Below, one piece after another: positions 50,994-64,000 of a DNA stretch of 64,000 nt (positions within the stretch are counted from its first letter, which is position 1; the number at the start of each line of letters is the position of its first letter). The translations under genes and the position numbers were made by a program. This DNA is from Eledone cirrhosa (lineage: Eukaryota), in assembly GCA_964016885.1 (NCBI GenBank), contig OZ024743.1:36828001-36892000 (forward strand), read 5' to 3'. Below the pieces are notes generated by a model. It was not told the origin of the DNA, ran no database searches, and saw only the letters and a program-made list of their open reading frames with translations.

Positions 50994-52338
50994 TCCACCT
51001 CACTCGGTAAGTGGATGAGGTCTAGGATCTTGTCGATCGATTGATCTAAAAAGCAAAAAAAAAAAAAAAAAAAATGAAGATAAGACTAACCACGCCTACT
51101 AATCAGGAATAACGCCCCGGCAACTATTCACTGACGAAACTCCACTCTATCACAAGACATGTAGACATCAGATGTTGCTATTAGTAAAGTAAAGTTCAAC
51201 AATGAACTGTAATTGACATTTGATTTGTTTTTTGGTATTTAGTATTTGTGTTATTCCCACTCCCTTTTTCTTCTTGCATCATCAAACCTACATTTACTTT
51301 GAGGTAAGATTCTAAGCACTAAAATGATCCCTAATGAAACAGAAATTCGCTTGTTTAGTTGATTCAGATAAATTTATTTAACAGAATACAGAAATATATC
51401 TTCTTTACCAATAAATTGAGCACCTTGTTTAACTATTGTTTCTTTCCAATCCCCTTCAGAAAACCTGTCTTTATATATATACAGTTGTCCCCCAAAAGAG
51501 AGATCTCTGGAATACATATATACATACTACACTCAGTAGAATCCTATCTTCTGTGGCTACTGTAAAAACGTTCTAAAGCAACATAAAGGAATAGCAACTT
51601 TTGTTAAGAAAAACAGGGAAACATTCTTATATTGTGTTCTGCAAACAAACAAAAATAGGTTGAGAACTACTGCTTGATAACTAATAGGATTGAGTTAAAC
51701 CATGCAGCTATTTCACTGTTAATCTGTGGTATATTTAATTAAAATGTTTGTTGTTTACAAGATCAAAAATCCCACCTAAATGCACACTCACTTGCAAAAC
51801 CTCCATCTATACGTCTGACTTACCGCGCGCGCGCGCGTGCGTGCGTGCGTGCGTGCGTTGGGCCTCTGTCGGGTCCGACGGAGACTGTTGCAGTTCTTTT
51901 ATCAAAGAAATTGCCTGCTCGTGAATTTAATGCGCAAGTGCCTAAGCATTCCACAGAGGCATGTACGCTTTATGCAGTTCTCTGAGACACTAGGCATGAC
52001 AAGCTTTGAATAACAGGTACAACGTAAAATAAAGGGTCTTCCTCGGAGAGAGTGCACTACTGGGAATCGAACACGATCTTACGATCCTGAGTCTAACATC
52101 CTTACCACAAAGCCGTGATAAGGATGTTCGACTCACAGTTGATTGACTGAGCACATATAGTGCGGAACTGAGAAGTAATAGCGTGCTTAATCAAGCAATT
52201 CCGACTATACATAAACACCTTTCATTCATTAAACATATGTATACATAAGAAACATACATATGTACATACATTTATACATATATCCTCACACATGGCATAC
52301 ATACATATGCGCACAAACACATGCACACACACACATAC

Positions 52339-52371
<33 letters not shown>

Positions 52372-53550
52372 ATAGTGTAGAGTTGTAGAAGGAACCTGTA
52401 AAAAATAAGTCGTACTTGTAATGCAAAGAGACAGTCTTATCACATACTGAGGGTTTCGTTAAGAGTAGAAGCGTTTGTGGAATGCCCAGCCACTTATTCG
52501 TTAATTTTATAAGCAGGTTGAATTTTCCCATTATGCGCCGTTTTGCCTGTATTAAATTACAAATAAGCACACAATCAGAGTTTTGGTAGTATATAGATAA
52601 AGAATTTAAAACAAACAGTTCTGTATTGTAAAACCGGATGTCGTTTCAGGTAGTTGGGTATCAAAAGAGTTAATTATTCTTTTTTCTTTCCTGAGTGTGA
52701 CTATTGCTTTATTTATTGGTAGCACTATAGTCATTTATTTTGAAAATTAAACGTCTATAGATTACTGGAGTAAATAAAAAAAAACTGAAGGTAGTAATAG
52801 TGTCAAACGTGGAATTCTTTGAAGAAAACTACCTTTCACAAAGTACTAAAAACAAATAGCTAACTAGCTAGAAGAGCAGTTGAACCAACCATCCCCATTA
52901 AATCCAGATCCTGCACTCTGGGCCATATTAACCCATGACCGAGCCCTTGATGGAACAAGAAGAGTTGGAGGTCCAACACATATACACCCTCACACACGTT
53001 TTAAATTTATTACAGGTATCAGTGATATAAATGTTGTTTTAACTCTTGATTGATCTAATAATGCTGTTAACCTAAATTACTTTTTGAAGCTCGAAATAAA
53101 ACGACATACATAGCCTAATGCCCATACAACTATTGTGAAAGTCATGAGATTTGATTTATTTTAGTCTGCCATCGACGAAGTAACAAAGGAAAACAATGAA
53201 TTAATTTAAAAAGAAATTTTTTAGCTCATAAATATATTCCAAATCGCCCACCACCCAGTAGGCGATTCCACCAGTTAGTATATACGTATGTATACATATG
53301 TACGTGGGTTATGTACCTATGATTTTTATCTTTCTATATAATTGTATGTATTTGTATGCGTATGTATGTATATATATGTATATGCGTGTATATATATATA
53401 TATATGTATAACCAAAGATTAATATGGTTCATTGATTACTCAATGAATATAGTTTTACAATAGATTAAAAGCACTCTGCAAAAAGTTTTCTGGAGTTATT
53501 ATTATTCAGAATAATAATAAATGAAGACATTCACATAATCAAAATATATG

Positions 53551-53612
53551 TTATATTATATATATTTCGAAGGTACTGTGCTGTTTTTTCAGTACGTCCT
53601 CGTCAGATAAAA
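53551..53612 (-). ncRNA. Minimal type I hammerhead ribozyme motif (minus-strand arm)
   Basis: ttttat-CTGACGA-ggacgtactg…cagtaccttc-GAAA-tatat-ATA-atataa. Confidence 0.65.
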
Positions 53613-53719
53613 TACATGAATTGATGTATGACATACCTCAACTGTCTTGATAGTTCAATTCCAGTATTGGCAATTGAACTATCAAGACAGTTGAGGTATG
53701 TCATACATCAATTCATGTA

Positions 53720-53783
53720 TTTTATCTGACGAGGAGATACTGAAAAAACACAGCACAGTACCTTCGAAATATATATAATAAAA
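53720..53783 (+). ncRNA. Minimal type I hammerhead ribozyme motif (plus-strand arm)
   Basis: ttttat-CTGACGA-ggagatactg…cagtaccttc-GAAA-tatat-ATA-ataaaa; stem I ttttat/ataaaa; palindromic short stem III; predicted cleavage after 53777. Confidence 0.7.
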
Positions 53784-54044
53784 CATATATTTTGATTATG
53801 TGAATGTCTTCATTTATTATTCTGAATTTGACGGTGTTGAGGTATGTCATAAACATAATAGCACCACTGACGATGTTGCAGATGTGCAACGAAAGAACTT
53901 TGATAGACTATATATATGTGTTTGTGTCTATATTGTATCTGTATTTTTGACCGTTGGTCAGTCAATGGTAACATTGAGGACCGAATAAATTAAATTAACC
54001 GATATAAAAGACATCAAAAAACCTCGCAAACTAATTCATCGCCG

Positions 54045-54301
<257 letters not shown>

Positions 54302-54628
54302 AGTGCGCGTATGTATAGAGCCTTTTGTGTTTGTATGTATGTATATATGCGTGTGTTTGTGTGTACATATATGGGTGCATATATGTTTGTGTATATGTGT
54401 GTATATGTATTTATGTGTCTGTTCGTATTTCCATGTAGACGCAAATACGCTTATGTGAGAAAGTATACGTCTATTACGTATAAGCGCGTGGTTGAGTGTG
54501 TGTATGTTTATGTTCTGGATATTTATTTATATATTTTTTCCCCTAAATCCTTTTTGCCCGTTTTTACAGACTCACTTTCATATTTCCTAAATTTTGTTTT
54601 CAAATCCATATTTAATAAAAACACCATG

Positions 54629-54706
54629 TTATTTATTCATTCTGACGACTGAAGACAGATATAAATATCTGCCTTCAAGAAACCACTGGTAAATGAAATG
54701 AAATAA
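54629..54706 (+). ncRNA. Type I hammerhead ribozyme motif
   Basis: ttcatt-CTGACGA-c-tgaagacagatat/atatctgccttca-a-GAAAC-cactg-GTA-aatgaa; all three stems are complementary; predicted cleavage after 54691. Confidence 0.78.
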
Positions 54707-54918
54707 TTATCTTATGTTGTTTATTACATAACTATATATATATATGAATAAATTTAGTCCATCAGTGATCTGCCAACCTTCATTGGTATTTTATCGCTTT
54801 AAAGACCATATATACCTCCGGTTAGTGCGAGCAACGGCTAAAGAAAGTCGTTGGGACACGTAAATAAGGGAAACGAGCGAGACTAAACAATCAAAGATGG
54901 TAATGCAACGAAAAGTGA

Positions 54919-55180
54919 GGAAGAAGGAGTCAAGTCCCTGAAATCGATGAACATAAGTTCTGTGAAATCGTGGACGAGAGAGAATAAAGACCATCAAACC
55001 TAGTCGAAATGTGAACAAGGAAAGAATTTCGCACAGGTCAAACGGGAGGAAGAAGGAGTCAAGTCCCTGAAATCGGTGAACATAAGTTCTGTGAAATCGT
55101 GGACGAGAGAGAATAAAGAACAACCGACCTGGTCAAAGTGTGCGTGAAGAAAGAATTTCGCACAGGTCAAACGGGAGGAA
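54919..55180. repeat. ~129-bp tandem duplication within an unclassified CpG-rich repeat
   Basis: ggaagaaggagtcaagtccctgaaatcg…gaatttcgcacaggtcaaacggga occurs twice. Confidence 0.85.
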
Positions 55181-57287
55181 GTAAGAGAGGGAGTAGCAGA
55201 GAGTGAGTGAGTGAAAGGTGAGGAAGAGGCTAACAGAGAGAGTGACTGTTAGAGGGGGTAAAGGGAAGTGAGAGATACAGAGAAAAGAGGAAGCAGTAAG
55301 ATAGAAACAGACGGGTCACTGCGGAGGAAAATATATATATACGAATATGAAAACATGGCGTGCTGCGTGGTTATATATATATACTGGACGGACGGACAGA
55401 CATTCTACTCTTTTTTACTAGTTTCAGGCATTAGACTGTGGCTATGCCTAAAAGAATTTAGCCGATTATATCGACCGCAGTACTTTCAAGTCTACTGCTT
55501 ATTTTATCGGTCTCTTATTTTTCTGTCGAATCGTTTATTTATGGTACATACGCACAAATATAGGCACAAACGTATACACCGATTTGCCTTTCATTCTGGG
55601 AATAATTTAATCAACTTTCCCTTCTTCTGAAATGTAGCCCTTGGAAATATTGTGCGGAGAGTGTAACCAAAATGACAATGTCATATTGGCAGTCGGATAG
55701 CTGTCATTAATAAAGATAGTCTTACCCAGGCACATGCCTTCCTGTAGGGGGTTGGATACCGGGCCCGATTAGGCGAGTGTGGACATAGCCCTATTATTCT
55801 AACAAAGCTGATGCAGTATTTAAGGGGCCCGTAATCCTTTTTTTTTTTTTTTGCACGCTGTCTCATTGCTTCCTACTCCCTATGCTTCCAATAGCTGAAA
55901 GCCTAAGGGCTCTGTCAGGGGTTAATATGGCCCAGAGTGCGGGATCTGGATTTCATGGGGATGGTTGGTTCAACTGCTCTTATAAGAAAAAGAATAATTA
56001 ACTCTGTTGATACCCAACTGCCTAAAACGCCATCTGGTTCTACAATACAGAACTATTTGTTTTAACATCTTTATGTTAGTCTAAAACCTTTCTTTCAAAA
56101 CTGTATTTACGAACCTTTAAATTATTCTCTAAAAATGAACTTAATGAGGAATTTAATTATATTACTAAATCCCCGCCAAATTAAACCTTCAAAAGCAGTG
56201 GTTCTTTTCACTACCAAAGACTCCCTACATGAATTATTCCCACGGAGCCCCTGCTACAATGTTTCCTCTCCTAAACTGTTATACATTGTTCATAACAATC
56301 GAAAGAGAAAAATAAAACATTTATACTAAAAAAAGAATGGATACAGTATGTGTAATTTTTTAACAAATTACTTGACATTTTGAATTTAGCTCACAGAACT
56401 TAGCACAATTCTATCTCTACAGACACCCAGGTGAACGCGAACCCCAGGTTGGAAACCGCTGCACTAGAATATTAATGCATTTAACACAGGTCTCACAAAT
56501 ATGTGGGACCCGTAATCATAAACCACACCTACTACTAAGTTAATCCGGTATTATGTGAGTGTAACCCCGTAAGGATGAAAGACAAAGTTAACCTTGGCGG
56601 GATTTGAACTCAGGCCCTTTACATTCTTAGTTCAAATCCCACCGAGGTTAACTTTTCTTTTCATCCTTACGGGGTCGATAAAATGAAACACCAGTAATGC
56701 ACTGAGATAATTGCTGGCCTTGTGCCAAAATTAGAAATAATTATTAATTAAATCAGTGGTCTAAATTTTTTTTTTCTTTAAGAATATGAACCCCAGATAT
56801 TACTGAGCGATATATACAGTGTTTCTATTAACAAATTTAAGGGATCTATATACGTACACAATTTTTTTTTTTTATTAACCTTTATGCCAGACGGTACTAT
56901 TTCATAACAGAATAACATTACAGCAGAAGCTTTAAAAATGTCATGGAGAATGTCACGAACTGTCAAACATTACTGACAAACCCTGTAGACAGGGTCGGCG
57001 TTACCATTTAGGTCAACTAGGCAACCGCTTACGGCCCAGATCTCAGAGAGGTGCATTACTGAACCTTAAAGAATCACAGTTTTATACAAATTTGTATATT
57101 TAAGTCAAATAAATAATTTCTATCGATCAATAAATAAATCGCTAAACATTTTTGCTGCAGAGGCAGTATTATGGAAATGTCTAGAGTAATGGAAAGGGTC
57201 GTATGTATGGTGTTAAGACTTTTTACATGATTTGGCGTGGATGAGTGGCGACTGTGTTGTAGAAAATGCTAGATTAGTAATTTTTTT

Positions 57288-58023
57288 CGACCAGCACCGC
57301 TTTGCTTGTTTTCGTGCGGCCTCCAAACCTCACAGTGGTGCCTGGCTCCATGCCCTGCCCTCCTTCTCCACTGGCACGCAGCTAGACAACCATAGCCTTC
57401 GAATCGGCGTTTCCTTGAGGCTCAGCCTCCGGATCAGCCAGCCAAACCAATGTCGCTGCGGTTCCACCGTGGACTCTTTCAGCCTCCACCCGCTTTCCTG
57501 TCGCCACAGTGCCGGCCGCATTCCACGCCATGCTGCCCTCAACGAGGTCATTAAGCATGGCTTGGACGCTGCAGGCTTCCCTTCCCAGCTCGAGCCGGTG
57601 GGGATGGATCGAGGGGACGGCAAAAGGCCAGATGGCATGACCATCTTCCCGTTCCGCGGTGGCAAACCCCTCGTCTGGGATGCCACTTGCACCGACACTT
57701 TCTGCAGCCGCAACCTGGTGCAGTCTGTCACTAACCCAGGTTCTGCTGCAGGTCGGGCTGAGGAGGCCAAACTCCTCAAATACCGGTCGCTCTCCGACAG
57801 GTTTGCGGTCGTTCCCCTGGCAGTGGAGACTTCTGGTGTCCTCGGCCCCAGGGCTACCTCCTTACTCATCATCATAGGCGCTGAGCTGGCCAGCCGCAGG
57901 TGTGAGCCCCGCGAGTTGGAGTGGCTTTTCCAGCGCGTCTCCCTTGCTGTCCTCCGGGGAAACGCTTTCTCCATTCTGTCCGCCGGGGCTGTGGGTGGGC
58001 CCCATCGCGTACCAATACATTAG
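57288..58023 (+). mobile_element. CRE-clade (restriction-like endonuclease) non-LTR retrotransposon 3' fragment with open frame
   Basis: SGAWL.ALP, C-x-C…H…C zinc knuckle, RH, RPD…WD, K..KY, E-T-x-G and QR.S.A..RGNA motifs; markedly GC-rich relative to flanks. Confidence 0.88.
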
Positions 58024-59319
58024 TTAAATACCATTCTTTCATCTGATACAACACAAAGACTAAAGTGTATATAACTAGGTTCGTCAAATGTAAGTTGAAA
58101 TTATTTTATATAGGAGACGTGTGTGTTTATGTCTCGTAACTTAGCGGTTCGGCTAATACAGATCGACAAAATATATACTGGAGTCGATATGATTAACTGA
58201 ATCCCTGCAGTCTAATGACTAAAAGCAGTAAAAGAAATAAGGAATAAACTACCATTCCGACACATTGTTGTTGTTGTTACAGCTCACACCTATGCAGGTT
58301 TAGCTGGCCTCCTCCAAGGTATATCTCGTTGTAGGTGTCTTCGATGATTTAATGATAGGGACCCCAGTCCTATCATCTCATTTCTACAGCTGAGTAAACT
58401 GGAGCAACGTGAAATAAAGTGTGTTGCTCAAGGAAACACATCACTGGGAAATAGACGGATGGAGATAACATACCGGTTAACCGAAGTTGCCGGTCCCGAT
58501 TCCCGGTTTAAACCATTCCTCATTACTTGAGCAAACAAATAATTCTTAGATAAAGACATAAGCATCAAGAAATCTTATTTCTCTCAGAATAAATAGAACT
58601 TACAATATATTCATAACAAAGTTGTAATTTCACATGCGTGCGCGTGCGTGTGGGGGGGGGGGGTCTGGTCCGTAAAGGCTGAGCGCCAATGTTGTCAAGA
58701 TTTTCGCCCTCCCGCAACCTCTTTTAATCATTGGGGCCCAAGAGCACAGGTAAGGGTGCAGTAACATAAAAAAGGGAAAATTTGACAGGATCCTAGGCTT
58801 CAGCCCCTCACCAAATTCCGAGCCATGATTGTCATAAATAATATAAAAACAGTCGGGGCTTGTAGTCATATAAGAACTCGTAGAGCGAGTAACATATAAG
58901 ATAGTAGCAAATGACTGCAGTAAGAAATACTGCTAAGCAGTTTGTCTGACGCTCAAACGATTCTGTTAATCTATAATAATAATCTTCTCCTTGCTGTCGG
59001 CCGGAACCAGGAGACGGATGACATATTAGGGCAAGACTAGAGTGGGAGTCTTTAGGTGCAAGGGTTAATAACGATAGTCTAGGCATAATGACAGCAATGT
59101 GGGGAAAGGTGAAAGTCGATTAAATCGACTCCAGTACATTACTGGTACTTTATTTTATCGATCCCCTAAGAATAAAAGGCAAAGCTAACCTTGGTGGAAT
59201 TTGAACTCAGACTGTAAAGGACCGTAACTTTATGCTGAAAAGCATGGCGTCTGACACTTGACAGACACTAAAAATTGTAGTTATCTACCACCAATAACAA
59301 CTAATCATTTAATAGATTG

Positions 59320-59355
<36 letters not shown>

Positions 59356-59449
59356 TTTTAACCGTTGGTCAGTCAATGATAAACATTGATTGACAAATAA
59401 ATTAACTATGGAGATATAAAAGATACAGAAGCGAAAACCAACCAAACAG

Positions 59450-59585
59450 TGGCCCTTGCTATTCTGAGTTCAAATCCCGCCGAGGTTAACTTTGCCTTTT
59501 ATCCTTACGTGGTCGATAAAATAAAGTACCAGTAATGTACTGGTAAATTTGCTGGCCTTGTGCCAATAGTAGAAACAATTATTAC
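59450..59585 (+). mobile_element. SINE family S1 (one of a cluster at 59100-60070)
   Basis: B box/core/tail; related copies at 59100-59265 (-), 59715-59895 (-) and 59915-60070 (+). Confidence 0.8.
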
Positions 59586-59678
59586 AACAATATGACCCTC
59601 GCCAAATATAACAATATATACATATATATATCCAAAATTAAATTAAGGGTGTTATGTCCGAGACATGTGCCATATCCA

Positions 59679-59713
<35 letters not shown>

Positions 59714-60278
59714 AGGCTTGCAATTTGTGGTGAGAGGAAAGTCGATTATACTGACCCCCAGTACATTATTTTATGGACCCCGGAAGGATGAATGGTAAAG
59801 TTGTCCTCAGGGAGATTTGAACACAGAACGTAAAGGGCCGTAACTAAATGCCGCAGAGCATTTTGACAAACGCCCTAACGATTCTGCCAATCCACAACAA
59901 CGATAATTATTATTAGTGGATTGGCAGAGATCAAACCCCACCGAGGTTAACTTTGCCTTTCATCCTTATGGGGTCGATGAAATAAAGTACCAGTCACGCA
60001 CTGTGTCGATTTAATCGACTTTCCCCTCCCCCAAAATAGCTAGCCTTGTGCCTATATAAGAAACCCTTATTTCCTTCAATAATTATACCGATAAATATGT
60101 GTTATGTATTTATAAACAAAGCAGTGATGAAGCTGTGACATTCAAGCCTTTACTTAAATATGGAAATAGTTGAACGCATGAATATAACAGTAAAAAAAGA
60201 TATATCCACATATATACAGAAAGTTCGAGATGTTGATATTACTGCCGTGAGTTTGTAGTAACAGTAGAGTTTACTTAC

Positions 60279-60353
60279 CTCCGTCTATCTTTTAACTAGA
60301 TGAGGTCAAACTATTCTGGCAACTATTCGCTGCTACAAGCCTCCTTATATATA
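60279..60353 (-). promoter_or_regulatory. Candidate TATA box and short non-coding alternative first exon of galectin
   Basis: Minus strand TATATATAAG (60353-60344), followed ~65 nt later by GAG|gtaagta, a consensus donor. Confidence 0.3.
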
Positions 60354-60399
60354 CAGTGACGTGTATGTGTGTACATATGTGTGTGTATATATATATATA

Positions 60400-61240
<841 letters not shown>

Positions 61241-61422
61241 AGTAGTAGTAGGAGGTAGAGATAACTAGATGCTATACATACAGTAGAATGTAAGAGGCCC
61301 AACCTCAGATATAAAAAGTAGGACGTCTATCACAATATGAAAACGACCAAATTCGAAAGTCTTTCAGCGAACACTCCCACTACGGAAAAACAATGAAAAT
61401 GCAGTAAAACAAATAAACTTAC

Positions 61423-61429
61423 CCGGCAT
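61423..61429 (-). CDS. Candidate first coding exon of galectin (MP-)
   Basis: aacaaaATG CCG G|gtaagt: A-rich start context, consensus donor, phase 1 matching the acceptor at 38478 (gives MPDFGYKKKKK…); lies in unique CpG-retaining sequence. Confidence 0.55.
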
Positions 61430-61507
61430 TTTGTTTCTTCCTTTCTGATACCACACGCTATCAATTGGGCCCTCTTTATCAATTTCCTGATATCGTTTTC
61501 GCTCGCG

Positions 61508-61541
<34 letters not shown>

Positions 61542-61659
61542 CAGGTTACCATCCGCTCTCTCTATTTCCGTTTTATAGCAGTATCTATCTATCTTTTTGT
61601 CCTCTTTCTGGAGATTTTCTTATTCTTTCCCACACACTATTACTCAAGTTTCAGCCTAT

Positions 61660-61833
61660 AGTATCGGTAGAGGGTCGGGCTTCATGCTTTGCAGCACAGT
61701 TACGTCCCTTTACGGACTGAGTTCAAATCCCGCCGAGGTTAACTTTGCCTTTCATCCTTACGGGGTCGATAAAATAAAGTACCAGTAATACACTTGGACA
61801 ATTGCTGGCCTTGTGCCAAAAGTAGAAACAATT
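61660..61833 (+). mobile_element. SINE family S1
   Basis: A box remnant, B box, core and tail; CpGs intact. Confidence 0.85.
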
Positions 61834-62229
61834 ATCTTACCCCGGTGTAAACTCTATTCTTGTACGCCTTTACTCGATCATTACTTTTTCTTAACTTCTC
61901 TCTATTTTTTTTTCTCTCACTCTTCTATGTCATTTTGACTATATCTAGTGTTGAAGCTAGACCGGCGCTACATTTATGACCAGCTAAGTAGTGCTGAACT
62001 TACCTATAGTGTAGGGCCACATTTTAAAATATATATTCTTATTTTATCATTAGTTTTTATTCTTTAATATTAAATCATCAAATATATATAAACTGCTATG
62101 AAACTCACTAACTAACTATATGTCTGTTCTGTAATGCAACGTGCAGTCAATCAACTGCACATTTGTTATCTCATTGAGAGCATGAGCTATGATCGGGGGT
62201 CACTAAAATAAACTCGGTGACTTTCGTAA

Positions 62230-62291
<62 letters not shown>

Positions 62292-62405
62292 TAGTACAGA
62301 TTAAACTTTAATCTGTACTATTTATAGATATTTGCTCTACGAGTTTATATATATATAAAATCCTTATAGAGCCTCTTCAGATTTTGGTCTTCGTAATTAT
62401 CATTA

Positions 62406-62517
<112 letters not shown>

Positions 62518-62608
62518 GTAGCAGGTGAGTTTTATTGTAGCACAATAAAGCAATGCAAATATCGGATAAGTAGCACTCAACAGTTTATAGGACTGGAGTA
62601 TAAATAAT

Positions 62609-62998
62609 CTAATTGTTTCTACTTTTTGGCACAAGGCCAGCAAATACACAGTACATTACTGGTACTTTATTTTATCGACCCCGTAAGGATGAAAGGCAAA
62701 GTTAACCTCGGCGGGATTTGAACTCAGAATGGCAAGGGCCGAAACTCTATGCATCAAAGCATGGCGTTCGACCTTCTACCGATACTGCCAATTCACCGCC
62801 CTTTAAAGTATAAATAATATAATATAATTGTTTCTACTTTAGGCACAAGGCCAGCAATTATTTCAGTGCATTACTGGTACTTTATCTTATCGACCCCGTA
62901 AGGATGAAAGCAAAGTTAACCTCGGCAGGATTTGAACTCAGAATGGCAAGGGCCGTAACTCTATACGTCAAAGCACTCTACCGATACTACCAATCCAA
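62609..62998 (-). mobile_element. Two tandem SINE family S1 copies
   Basis: 62609-62801 and 62826-62998, each with tail, core and B box. Confidence 0.88.
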
Positions 62999-63440
62999 TA
63001 ACAAATAATAATCATGTATAGTTTTTTGTTTTTTTTTACCCGAATTTCTTTAGAGAAGAATCTCAAATTTCATATACCTTAGGGCCTCAGCAAGTGAAAG
63101 TCAAGACCCTACACATAGGGCCCATTGTTGAGCCTTGTCGGTTCACAGCTTTATACAAATTTTTATAATTAAATTAAATGTCTAATAATTTCCTGCCATC
63201 TATAAATAAATTACAGAAAATATTTGCCGCATAGCTGCGTTGCAAAAATATCTAAAGCGGTGAAGCTGCCATATCATTTGGCATGGGTGAGTGTGGATTG
63301 TGTAGAGGAAATATTGGCTTCGTCATTTTTTTGTTTGGTCACTAGAAAAAGTGTCAAAAATTAGGTTTGTCATCTTGCCAAACAGTAAGTTGAAAATATT
63401 TTATTTGAGGGACCGGGACGTATTATTATAGTACTTTTTT

Positions 63441-64000
63441 TCTTCTTCTTCTTCTTCTTCTTCTTCTTCTTCTTCTTCTTCTTCTTCTTCTTCTTCTTCT
63501 TCTTCTTCTTCTTCTTCTTGAGAGGGTCGTGGGGGCAGAGCCCTGTCAAAGCAACCGTCTCCAACAGATCTGGCAGGATCCCCAACCGATACCAGCCAAG
63601 CCATGGATGTTATCCAACCATCTTGCTCAGGATCTACCCCTTAGTCTCTGACCAGTTGGTTTTGCTCGTAAAATCTGTCGAGCGATTCTTTCTTGAGACA
63701 TTCTAACCACATACCCATTGTATCGGAGATGTGATCTCTCAGTTAAGGGAGCTACGCAAACTATCGAGTAACGTTACTTCAAAGACCCTTCGGAGAAACC
63801 CCATTTAGGCCGCTTGTATTCGCGATCGTATTCTTTCAGTCGTTACCCAAGGTTCATGACCATAGGTAAGGGTAGGCACGAATACCGAAATGAAGATAGC
63901 GAGTTTGTCTTTTACACCTACCTCCCTTCCTTTGATTACTGAATGCTGAAGCTGGCGCATTACTGCACCAGCTCCTGCAATTCTTGTATATAATTCAGCC
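63441..64000 (-). mobile_element. RTE family B 3' end with (GAA)n tail, internally deleted, continuing beyond the window
   Basis: Minus strand encodes …FVPTLTYGHEPWVTTERIRSRIQAA*MGFLRRVF…; (CTT)n on + strand at 63441-63518; homologous to 48040-48540. Confidence 0.85.

Larger units (their letters stand above)
53504..53857. mobile_element. Penelope-type inverted terminal repeat pair (~160-bp arms) plus partial direct repeat
   Basis: 53504-53660 is the reverse complement of 53672-53827; gttgaggtatgtcata recurs at ~53836; each arm carries a hammerhead motif. Confidence 0.75.

Noticed and set aside
54815-55400. Solo LTR call
   Set aside because: No clear TG…CA termini or TSD identified; only the tandem duplication is reported.
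57330-57974. 214-aa minus-strand ORF
   Set aside because: Antisense shadow of the GC-rich CRE ORF. Minus ORFs over the RTEs (e.g. 14805-15434) are likewise shadows.

Overview
AT-rich, microsatellite- and transposon-dense eukaryotic genomic DNA. The repeat landscape (RTE LINEs with (GAT)n tails, two abundant tRNA-derived SINE families, long (AT)n tracts) looks molluscan and most like a cephalopod/octopus; this is an inference. The window is essentially the 5' part of one minus-strand, intron-rich multi-domain galectin gene. I can splice exons at 38342-38478, 26663-26751, 18983-19181, 17186-17305 (complete CRD1 with H-x-N-P-R, V-x-N, W-G-x-E-x-R) and 12621-12709 (start of CRD2), all with GT-AG ends and matching phases. 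There are also candidate alternative first exons at 61423-61429, ~60279, ~51824 and 43744-43759, and a candidate 12-nt microexon at 10678-10689. The introns hold several RTE copies with a PHD finger inside the RT region (one has a 923-codon uninterrupted frame), CR1, CRE, Penelope and mariner remnants, MITEs, and four hammerhead ribozyme motifs at three loci. They also hold a series of fold-back palindromes and local duplications, and a visible CpG transition near 49.6 kb. Most ORFs in the supplied track are microsatellite or antisense artefacts. Coordinates of degenerate repeats are approximate.
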